Positions 56,261 through 64,000 of a DNA stretch of 64,000 bases are shown piece by piece. Position numbers and translations under genes: made by a program. How positions within the stretch are numbered: position 1 is the stretch's first letter; each line of letters starts with the position of its first letter. Origin of the DNA: an uncultured Rickettsiales bacterium (GTDB lineage: Bacteria; Myxococcota_A; UBA796; UBA9615; CAYRNR01); the NCBI GenBank assembly GCA_964558555.1, contig CAZLEO010000001.1:16186-80185 (forward strand), in the 5' to 3' direction. Under the pieces are notes generated by a model. It made no database searches. It was given only the letters and a program-made list of their open reading frames with translations, and was not told the DNA's origin.

Positions 56261-57658
56261 GTGCCTGTCAGCAAGAGACGAAGGTGGCTGCTCGGCGGAG
56301 CTTTGGTTCCGGTGGGATTGGTGATCATCGGGGTGGGGGGAATCGGGTTCGAGCGGTCTCGCATGTTGAACGAGACGGAGGCGCTGTACCTGGAGGCGGT
56401 GGAGGCGTCGCAGGCGCGGGAGTATCGGAGGGAGCCGCTGGCGCCGTACTGGGAGGTGGAGGAGGGGAGCGCTGCGGAGGAGTACAGGCGGGCGTGGGAG
56501 CTGTGTGACGACAGTGATTGGAGTCATGAGCAACGTCTCAGCCTCAACGTTGCCGGGCGTACCCTCCGTGCGATGCCTCAGGATGGTGCCCATGAGGACG
56601 TGTTCGGTCTGCTGGAGCCAGGATTCGACAAGACGGTGGACAGGTGCCGGCCGGCCCTGGACGCGGTCCTCGCCGGCAGCGTGTGTATTGACGCCACATC
56701 GCCCTTGAACTTGTGGGACGAGTGGCGAATCTCACCGGAAGACTCGTGGGAACGCATGCCCAGTCGCTTCACCCAGATCGGCAAGCTCCAGGTCCTTCGA
56801 GCATACGAATCCTGGATTACCGGCAATCGTGACGCAGCGTTCGACGACGCGTTTGCCGCGATGCGTATGCAGATGGACATCGGCCGTGGAGCCACACTCG
56901 TGGGCCTCACCACGACCTCGAGCCAGTTCTTCTACTCCTCGTTCATCCGGTTCGTTCTCGATCGGCGCGATCTGGAGGTGGGCGAAGCCGAACGGGTATA
57001 CGCCGAACTCGGATACCTACTCGACCATGCGCCCGATTTCTCCGAGGCGCTTCAGAACTCCTTCGTGTCCGAGCAGGGTTGGCGTCTGCGAGACCGCGAC
57101 ATTCCGAAGCCATCCGGGGCCGAAACCTGGGACGAGTGGCAGCCTGACGACTGGGAGAGTTTCGTCCTCGCTTGGGTTTCCCTCCACGACGTGCTGGAGA
57201 TGCACCCGGCCTTTGTCGAGGTGCAGACCTCGCCGGTACCGGACCGACTGGCCGCCTACGCTCGCGAGGAGGCCAGGAATCCGAGATTTGCCACCGAATC
57301 CTGGCACCCGGCCTGGCTCGCCCGGTCCATCCGGTCCATGGATCTCCGCGTCACATTTACTCTGACCTACCTTCAGCTCCTGCAGGTGGCCGCGGCCGAT
57401 ACCGCGCTGGTCCTGTCAGGCGTCACTCCGGAGGTGGTGAGCGACCTCGAGCAGTTCGATCCGGGCATCGACCTCGTCGATCCCTTCACCCTGCAGCCCT
57501 TCGAGATCATCGTCCGGGGAGACGGTCGATACCTCCGCAGTCCTGCCCTGGACGACCCCGTCGCGAGTGGGCTCGAGTATCTCAAGAACTTCGATCACGA
57601 GGCGTATCTGGAAATTCCGTTGAGGGGACCGGAAGGGACTGCAGAGCTTGGTGATTGA
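56261..57658 (+). CDS. Membrane-anchored hypothetical protein
   Basis: Long ORF; basic N-terminus plus TM (KRRRWLLGGALVPVGLVIIGVGGI); helical body; more AT-ending codons than its neighbours. Confidence 0.65.
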   Translation: MPVSKRRRWLLGGALVPVGLVIIGVGGIGFERSRMLNETEALYLEAVEASQAREYRREPLAPYWEVEEGSAAEEYRRAWELCDDSDWSHEQRLSLNVAGRTLRAMPQDGAHEDVFGLLEPGFDKTVDRCRPALDAVLAGSVCIDATSPLNLWDEWRISPEDSWERMPSRFTQIGKLQVLRAYESWITGNRDAAFDDAFAAMRMQMDIGRGATLVGLTTTSSQFFYSSFIRFVLDRRDLEVGEAERVYAELGYLLDHAPDFSEALQNSFVSEQGWRLRDRDIPKPSGAETWDEWQPDDWESFVLAWVSLHDVLEMHPAFVEVQTSPVPDRLAAYAREEARNPRFATESWHPAWLARSIRSMDLRVTFTLTYLQLLQVAAADTALVLSGVTPEVVSDLEQFDPGIDLVDPFTLQPFEIIVRGDGRYLRSPALDDPVASGLEYLKNFDHEAYLEIPLRGPEGTAELGD

Positions 57659-57679
57659 CCGCCGTCGCCGGGACAGCGT

Positions 57680-57766
57680 ACCCCGGTGCTCGGCAGCGTC
57701 AAGGGCAAGCGAGCTTCGCTCGTGGCGCCTGCGGCGCCACCCTTGACCCTACCTGCGCTCCGGGGT
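57680..57766. repeat. Multibranched palindromic (REP-like) element
   Basis: ACCCCGG/CCGGGGT outer stem, GTCAAGGG/CCCTTGAC inner stem, and two inner hairpins CGAGC-TTC-GCTCG and TGGCGCC-TGC-GGCGCCA. Confidence 0.65.
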
Positions 57767-57857
57767 GTTCAGGTAGGTGGCGACGGGGGAAGGATGGCGG
57801 ATATTGGCTCTGGAAGGATGGATAGGGGTGGGGGGTGTTGGCTGGTCGGGCGCTGAG

Positions 57858-58005
57858 CGCTCATAACTCGCGGGGTTGGCATCAACCGGCCGAGATATGA
57901 GCGATATTCGCTCACAACTCGAGGGGTTCTCGAGAATGACCTCCGATATGAGCGAAATCCGCTCACAACTCGTGGGGTTGGCATCAACCGGCTGAGATAT
58001 GAGCG
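57858..58005. repeat. Three 51-bp-period palindromic tandem repeats
   Basis: Units start at 57858, 57909 and 57960: CGCTCAYAACTCGNGGGGTT...GATATGAGCG. Confidence 0.85.
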
Positions 58006-58069
58006 CTCACGCCAACCAACACCCGAGATGGCGGCCACTGGCGCTCAAGAGCGGGGTAGACATGGGTGT

Positions 58070-58157
58070 TTCTTGCGCTGTGCGCAAGTTCGGCTCGAGT
58101 CTGGTAGGTAGACCAGCTTCATTCTTGCGCTGAGCGCTAGTTCGACCCGAGTCTGGT
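58070..58157. repeat. Two 52-bp-period repeats of a second family
   Basis: TCTTGCGCTGWGCGCWAGTTCGRCYCGAGTCTGGT at 58071 and 58123. Confidence 0.75.
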
Positions 58158-58386
58158 GGTGCCACCCTGCCCGGCGCCCCAGGCCTCGCGCGCCCCCCCA
58201 GCCCCTCCTCGCCCTCCAGGCCCCGCCCCACCCCCCAGGCCAACCCCCTTCCATCCCTCCAGAGCCAGATCTCGCCTTCCGGGGTACGCTGCCCCAGCGA
58301 CGGGCGGATCGCCTCCTCCCCCCCCACCTCCCGCTAGCCCAACCCCACCCCTCGGCGATACCATGATCTCTCCCAGGAGGTAATTC

Positions 58387-59955
58387 ATGCCCGTCCGCAC
58401 CCTGCTCCTCGCCCTCTTCCTCGCGTTGACCCTCTCGCTCAGCGCGTCCGCCAACCCCCTCGACAAGGGCTCCACCCTCGACCGCATCGAGGCCGCCTAC
58501 CAGGCTGGTGAGATCTCCGAAGAAGAACACGTGATGTACCGCCTCTACCGGATCACCAACAAGGACCTGCTCCCCGAGAAATACGTGGCGCCCACCGGCG
58601 AAGAACGCCCCGTCCGCTGCGGGACCCCGATGGTCAAGGCCGCCCGCGCGGCCGTGGACTGGATGAGCCCCGAAGCGCGGGACATGGTCGGCCTGTTGCT
58701 CCCGCCGAGCGTGTCCGCCACGGCGAACCAGGAGTCGGACAACTTCTCGCTGATCTGGGGGCCGGACTACGCGGGTTCGCAGTCGGACATCGACTTCTGG
58801 CTGGATGCGTTCGAGACGTCGTGGGACGTGGAGGTGGACACGCTGGGATTCCAGCAGCCGCCGTGCACCGACCAGTACCTGTTCGAGGTGTACCTGGCGA
58901 ACACGGGGGGGACGTCGCCGGAGATGGAGGAGGACACGTACGGGTATTGCGACCACCAGGGGGACTGCCCGTTCGTGGTGGTGCACCCGGACTACGAGTT
59001 CACGGGACACCACGAGGGGGCGGCGCAGGCGACGGCGGCGCACGAGTTCCAGCACGGGATCCAGTCGGGATACGACTGGTTCGAAGGGGACTACTGGATG
59101 GAGGCGACGGCCACGTGGGCCGAGGACGCGGTGTTCGACGACGCGAACGACTATGTCGAATACCTCAACGGCAGCGATGGCTGGCTGGCGTATCCGGAGT
59201 ACGGCCTGACCTACGAGGACGGCTGGCACGAGTACGGCAACGTGATCTGGGTGAAGTACCTGTCGGAGAACTGGGGCGGGGGCGAGGTCATCGTGGACAT
59301 CTGGGAGCGGGCCGTGGACACGGACGCGCTCACGGCGACGGGGGAGATGATGGCCGCCGACGGCTGGAACCTGGGCGAAGGATTCCTGGACTTCACGGCG
59401 CAGCTGGCGGTGAACGGGTTCGAGGAGTCCGACCTGTACGACGGCGTCTACATGATGGGCAACCACACCTCTTATCCGGCCAGCGGCGCGCCGGCGCAGT
59501 ACCTGCCGCAGGTGCTGGGATCGAACTACGTGGAGTTCCTGCCCTCGGGTGAGGCGCAGGACCTGGAGGTGACGTTCGACGGCGAGACGCTGGTCGGCGG
59601 CCAGGCGGTGTCGTGGGGTGTGGCGCTGGTGGCCGTGCAGGACGGGACGTCCCTGTACCAGGTGCTGGACGTGGACGCGAACGGTCACGGGAGCGGGTGG
59701 GTCGTGGACTTCGGCGGCGCCGTGGACAAGGTGGTCCTGGCCGTGTCGGTGCTCGCGGGAAACTCGAGCAACCTGCAGGGGGTGGCGTACTCGTACTCCG
59801 CCGACCTGGGCGAGGCGCCCATCGGCGAGGGGGACGACGACACGGGCGGCGCCGGAGACGACGAAGGCTGCGGGTGCCGGGCCGAGGGCGAGTCCGCGGT
59901 GCCCGGGCTCGCCGCCTTGCTGCTGCTGGGTGCTGCGCTGATCCGCCGCCGATGA
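58387..59955 (+). CDS. Secreted zinc metalloprotease (HExxH) with MYXO-CTERM-like anchor
   Basis: Signal peptide; AAHEFQHGIQ...WMEATATWAE; C-terminus GCGC...LAALLLLGAALIRRR. Confidence 0.8.
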   Translation: MPVRTLLLALFLALTLSLSASANPLDKGSTLDRIEAAYQAGEISEEEHVMYRLYRITNKDLLPEKYVAPTGEERPVRCGTPMVKAARAAVDWMSPEARDMVGLLLPPSVSATANQESDNFSLIWGPDYAGSQSDIDFWLDAFETSWDVEVDTLGFQQPPCTDQYLFEVYLANTGGTSPEMEEDTYGYCDHQGDCPFVVVHPDYEFTGHHEGAAQATAAHEFQHGIQSGYDWFEGDYWMEATATWAEDAVFDDANDYVEYLNGSDGWLAYPEYGLTYEDGWHEYGNVIWVKYLSENWGGGEVIVDIWERAVDTDALTATGEMMAADGWNLGEGFLDFTAQLAVNGFEESDLYDGVYMMGNHTSYPASGAPAQYLPQVLGSNYVEFLPSGEAQDLEVTFDGETLVGGQAVSWGVALVAVQDGTSLYQVLDVDANGHGSGWVVDFGGAVDKVVLAVSVLAGNSSNLQGVAYSYSADLGEAPIGEGDDDTGGAGDDEGCGCRAEGESAVPGLAALLLLGAALIRRR

Positions 59956-61604
59956 CGCCGGAGCTGGCCGCCAACCTGGACGCCCTGCGTCGGGTCGATC
60001 CGGGTCTGGCCGAGCGCCTGTGCTTGCCCGTCGATGGCTCCCACGTGCGGCTGGAGCCGGGCCAGCCGCCGGCCTACAAGGTCCACCGCTACTTCTACCC
60101 CTTCATGTTGGGCGCGAATGCGCTGTTGCAGTCCCTGGTGCACGTGGACGGCAGCGAGGACGTGGTGATCTTCGGTGCCGGCCTGGGTGAGCAGCTCGAC
60201 GAGGTGCTGAGCAGGACCCCGAAGCGGTGCGTCACGATGTGGGACCGCGATCCGTGGCTGCTACGCCTCGTGCTGTCGCGGAGGGACTACAGCGAGGCCA
60301 TCGACGAGGCCCGGCTCAGCCTGGCGCTCGGTCCCGATCTGCGCGATCTGGCCGGTCGAGTGGGGGACCGGCATCTGGTGGTGCATCCCTTCCTGGACGC
60401 CGTCTATCGGTTCGAGCGGGAACTGCTCGACGGGGGGCTGCGCGAACGCTGCGTGCTGCTACGCGCGGGAACCCTGTTCATCGACGACGTGGCCGCGGAG
60501 CTGGCCCGCAAGGGGTACAGCATCTACACCCTGGACACCGAGCGGCTGTCCCGCGAGGAGATCGCGCTGAGTGTGCGGCGCTTCGAGCCGGCCTTCATCG
60601 CCGCGGTCAATTACACCGGCGGGCTCGCCGAGCTGTGTCACGAGCTCGAGGTCCCGCTGATGTGCTGGGAGATCGATCCCACGACGTCGTCGGTGCTGCC
60701 GGCGCAGGCGCCCACCCGCCGCAGTCACATCTTCACCTACCGCCGACCCCACGTGGACGAGTTCCGCGCCGCCGGGTTCACCCACGTGCGACACCTCCCG
60801 CTCGCCGCGAACGCCGACCGCCGGGCGCCGGTGGAGCTCACCGACGAGGACCGCCGCGAGTTCGGCGCGGCCGTGTCCTTCGTGGGAGCGTCCATGGTCA
60901 CCGAGGCGCTGGAGTTCCGCCGGAAGTTCATCGAACGGTACGCGACATACCTCGATGATGGCGGTGACGGGGAGCTGGAGCAGGCCGTGTCCAGGCTGGC
61001 CGAGGCGCTGAAGGTCCAGCGGCTGGACTACGCCACCTATCGCCTGCCCTCGCTGCTCGAGGAGCGGTTCGGCCCCTTCCTGGAGTACGCCCACGCCGAG
61101 GTCGGTACGGACGACCCGGTCATGTGGGTGTCCGAGATGGCCGCGTCCGAGAAGCGGCTGACCTACGTCGCCAACCTCGGCTTCTTCGGCGTCGTGGCCT
61201 GGGGCGACGCCGGCTGGAAGCAGATCGAACCCTACGGGGCGCGCTACTCGGGTCGCTACGCCCGGCACACCGACGAGCTCACCAAGGTCTACTGCGCGTC
61301 CTCCATCAACGTGGACATCGGCCGACTCTACCAGTCCGACATCGTCACCATGCGCGTGTTCGACGTCCTGGCGTGCGGAGGCTTCCTCATCGCCGAGTAC
61401 AGCGACGACCTCGCGCAGCTGTTCGAGGTGGGCCTCGAGGTGGAGTGTTACAAGACCCTCGACGAGCTCAAGCGCAAGGTGGCCTTCTACCTCGCCAATC
61501 CCGAGGCCGCCCGCGCCATTGCCGAGCGCGGCCGGACGGCGGTACGGACACGGCACACGATCCGCCAGCGGGTAGGGACGATGCTCGAGGCGATGGGCGT
61601 GTAG
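59952..61604 (+). CDS. CgeB-like glycosyltransferase with a Maf-like N-terminal region
   Basis: NLDALRRVDP.LA N-terminus; HLPLAAN, VSFVG, VYCASSINV, MRVFDVLACGGFLI, ARAIAERGR..HT..QR. Confidence 0.8.
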   Translation: MTPELAANLDALRRVDPGLAERLCLPVDGSHVRLEPGQPPAYKVHRYFYPFMLGANALLQSLVHVDGSEDVVIFGAGLGEQLDEVLSRTPKRCVTMWDRDPWLLRLVLSRRDYSEAIDEARLSLALGPDLRDLAGRVGDRHLVVHPFLDAVYRFERELLDGGLRERCVLLRAGTLFIDDVAAELARKGYSIYTLDTERLSREEIALSVRRFEPAFIAAVNYTGGLAELCHELEVPLMCWEIDPTTSSVLPAQAPTRRSHIFTYRRPHVDEFRAAGFTHVRHLPLAANADRRAPVELTDEDRREFGAAVSFVGASMVTEALEFRRKFIERYATYLDDGGDGELEQAVSRLAEALKVQRLDYATYRLPSLLEERFGPFLEYAHAEVGTDDPVMWVSEMAASEKRLTYVANLGFFGVVAWGDAGWKQIEPYGARYSGRYARHTDELTKVYCASSINVDIGRLYQSDIVTMRVFDVLACGGFLIAEYSDDLAQLFEVGLEVECYKTLDELKRKVAFYLANPEAARAIAERGRTAVRTRHTIRQRVGTMLEAMGV

Positions 61605-61810
61605 GGGCCGACCGGCATTTAGTTGTGACCCTCACTGCGTGGACCCGGGCACCCTCGAACCCGGGCACGAACCTTCCCGGGGAACAATCCGCCCGATGGT
61701 CGTAGCGGTCTGCTGCGGTAGCGTACGACCTGGGCAGTGATGCGACCCCCGATCGAGGGGCAGGTCCGTCACACGCAGATTTCTTGCGACGTCCATTGCG
61801 TGGGGGCACC

Positions 61811-64000
61811 ATGGCAACGGATCCCTGGAGGAGTGCGCGCCGACCAGCGAAGAACCGAAGCACCGGAGAGAAGGTCCTGGCCGAGTGCAACCGACTCGCT
61901 GACGGTGATTTCGACGATCCGCCGCGCAGTCCACAAGGGCTGAGAAGGAAGCTGCGTGTGACGGTGGTCGGGGTCGCGTTCTGCCTGCTCACGCTCGAGA
62001 TCCTGTTGACCCGCATGGTCCCGTTCTTCCTGGGCGGGATCAGCGGCTTCGTGGCCATCCCCATCGCCATGTTCGGGCTGAGCCTCGGCGCCCTGACGCT
62101 GCACTGGGTCCGCGACGAGGCGAGGCTGAGGTGGATTCCGGTCCTCGTGCCGTTGCTGTTCATCCTGACGGTCGTGACCCTGCTGACGTTCTTCGGACTG
62201 TTCAACCACGTGTTCGACCTGTCGCACTACGGCAAGCAAAATCCCTGGACGGACGCCCCCAAGACCGCGGCGTTGACCTTGATCTTCGTGCCCGTGTTCG
62301 CGATCGGTGGGGTGATCCTGTCCACTGCGTTCACCGTGTCCGCGCGCAGCATCGGCCGACTGTACGCGGCCGACCTGGTCGGATCGGCCGCAGCATGCCT
62401 GGCCGCGCCCCTGCTCCTGCAACTCCTCGACCTGCCGCTGGTCCTGTGTGTTCTCCTGGGCGTCCTGGGGGCGTGCTGGGTGTACGTGTGGTCGGCCGGC
62501 CGCAAGGCCGTGGGGACGGGCCTCGTCGTCGGCCTCACGGTCACGGCCTTGCTCGCGGGTTTCCAGCTGGTGTTCACCGAGCGCCCGGACGCGCGGTTGC
62601 TGGCGAGGAACTACGCCAAGGGGCTCGACGCGGAGGAGGTGCGTCATCGCTGGAACGCCATATCGCGCGTTTCCCTGATCCACCTGCTGGAAGGTGACAA
62701 GGGGAAGGGGTGGCGGCTGGTCCACGACGACGGCATCTCCAACGTGTACCTGCGACGCTACAAGCCTGAACGGGTCGAGCAGCCCCCCGAGGAGCAATCA
62801 CCCCAGCGGATTCCCTCCCTCATGGATCGCCCGCCGTCCTCGGCGCTGGTGATGTTCGCCGGCTGCGGCAAGGACATGGTGCTGATCAACGAGTTCGCCC
62901 GAGGTGGCGCTAGCATCACCGGCGTCGAGCTCAATCCTCTGGTCCGGCGGCTGGTGAGCAATCCCTGGTCGGATCGGTGGAACCTCCGGACGTTTTACGC
63001 ATTGCCGCACATCGATCTGCGCATCCAGGAGGGCCGGAGCTTCCTCGATCGCGAGCCCCGCCGCTTCGACGCCATCTTCGTGGCCACGAACGGCGCCCAG
63101 TACGCGAGTCGCACCGGGCACTCACGCAAGTATCTCGACACCGAGGAGGCCATGGCCGCGTACCTGGACCACCTCGCCGACGACGGCGTGATGGTGTTCA
63201 ACCACCAGGCGTTCCGTCACAAGGTGGAGATCTTCAAGCGGCTTCAGGAGGAGCGGAGCTCCGTACCGTTCGACGAGACCATCATGATCCTCAACGTCCG
63301 CAAGCGCCGTTTCAGGGGTGACGGACTGAACAAACCTGTCACGGTCGTGGTCAAGCCGTCGGGGCTGACCCGCGGTGAGGTGTCGCGGATCGCAGCCACG
63401 TGGACGAGCCAGCCGGGGCGCAAGGTCTACTACGCGCCGGGCCGGGAACCCTACAGCGCGCTGGCAGACCTGATCCACGCGCCCGCGGATCCCACGGCGT
63501 TCGTCCCCGTGGACGACCAGCCGTACGAGGCGCGGGTCGATGTCGCCGGATTCCGGCTGCTGCCGGGCAAGGACGAGCTGGACCGCATCAGCTACGCGCT
63601 GAGCTGGATCAAGATCTTCACCACGCTGCTGTGTGGGGGCCTCGCCGTGCTCACCCTCGCGGCGTTCTACGCCCGGGGGCGGGGCGTCTCCGGGCGGCCT
63701 CGCCGGCTTCCTGCGTGGCTCACGGCGTACTTCATGGTCACCGGCGTGGCGTACATGTTCGTGCAGATCGGCTTGATGGCGAAGCTCGAACTCTTCCTGG
63801 GCAACCCGGTGTACTCCGTCGCCGTGGTGCTGGCGGCCTACCTGCTCTCCAACGGCCTGGGATCGGCCTGGGTGGACCGCTGCCGTCGCAGGGGCGCCCC
63901 TCCGCCGCTGACCGCGGTGTCGGGGCTGGCGTGCGCGGCCACGCTGGGATCGATGGGGTTGGTGGAGTTCGGGACCGGACACCTCCTCGCGTGGCCCCTG
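61811..64000 (+). CDS. 3'-truncated multi-TM spermidine-synthase-like SAM-dependent methyltransferase
   Basis: Frame open from ATG 61811 to the window end; N-terminal TM helices (LEILLTR, LYAADLVGS), RWNAISRV, ALVMFAGCGKD, GVELNP, EGRSFL, FDAIF. Confidence 0.8.
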   Translation, partial: MATDPWRSARRPAKNRSTGEKVLAECNRLADGDFDDPPRSPQGLRRKLRVTVVGVAFCLLTLEILLTRMVPFFLGGISGFVAIPIAMFGLSLGALTLHWVRDEARLRWIPVLVPLLFILTVVTLLTFFGLFNHVFDLSHYGKQNPWTDAPKTAALTLIFVPVFAIGGVILSTAFTVSARSIGRLYAADLVGSAAACLAAPLLLQLLDLPLVLCVLLGVLGACWVYVWSAGRKAVGTGLVVGLTVTALLAGFQLVFTERPDARLLARNYAKGLDAEEVRHRWNAISRVSLIHLLEGDKGKGWRLVHDDGISNVYLRRYKPERVEQPPEEQSPQRIPSLMDRPPSSALVMFAGCGKDMVLINEFARGGASITGVELNPLVRRLVSNPWSDRWNLRTFYALPHIDLRIQEGRSFLDREPRRFDAIFVATNGAQYASRTGHSRKYLDTEEAMAAYLDHLADDGVMVFNHQAFRHKVEIFKRLQEERSSVPFDETIMILNVRKRRFRGDGLNKPVTVVVKPSGLTRGEVSRIAATWTSQPGRKVYYAPGREPYSALADLIHAPADPTAFVPVDDQPYEARVDVAGFRLLPGKDELDRISYALSWIKIFTTLLCGGLAVLTLAAFYARGRGVSGRPRRLPAWLTAYFMVTGVAYMFVQIGLMAKLELFLGNPVYSVAVVLAAYLLSNGLGSAWVDRCRRRGAPPPLTAVSGLACAATLGSMGLVEFGTGHLLAWPL

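Noticed and set aside
57858-58005. CRISPR array
   Set aside because: Only three units, variable part about 16 nt and nearly identical in units 1 and 3, and no cas genes in the window.

Overview
High-GC bacterial window, probably from a Myxococcota-like or other deltaproteobacterial lineage. This is inferred from MYXO-CTERM-like C-termini and GDDDDSA repeats, not tested phylogenetically. From left to right: (1) 1-4633, the end of a translationally coupled operon with a partial gene carrying an internal RRLAAA motif, a FecR-domain protein, an Asp-rich surface protein, and a membrane protein fusing a Lon-type (S16) Ser-Lys protease domain to a CHASE2 sensor. This is the best candidate for an undescribed system: a possible envelope-sensing protease/anti-sigma cascade analogous to CalpL/CalpT/CalpS. 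(2) pepT and an M24 aminopeptidase. (3) A two-component/c-di-GMP block (sensorless histidine kinase, REC-HDOD, REC with degenerate HD-GYP, degenerate receiver, GGDEF). (4) A nearly complete ~40 kb flagellar cluster (FleQ-like activator to fliD/fliS/fliT-like). Oddities include a FliO-FliP fusion, an FlhF with degenerate GTPase motifs, no flhG/csrA/fliW/che genes in the window, an FlgJ-M23 fusion and two short tandem flagellins. Its regulation is readable in the DNA: four sigma54 promoters each with a GTCA-N6-TGAC box, four sigma28 promoters, and GGA-loop (CsrA-type) leaders. (5) A PilZ/outer-membrane/OmpA operon, a sigma28-driven short terminated transcript (sRNA or small peptide), a repeat-rich intergenic region, a surface metalloprotease, a CgeB-like glycosyltransferase and a partial spermidine-synthase-like membrane protein. 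No rRNA, tRNA, CRISPR array or transposase was recognised. All family assignments are by eye; no database searches were run.
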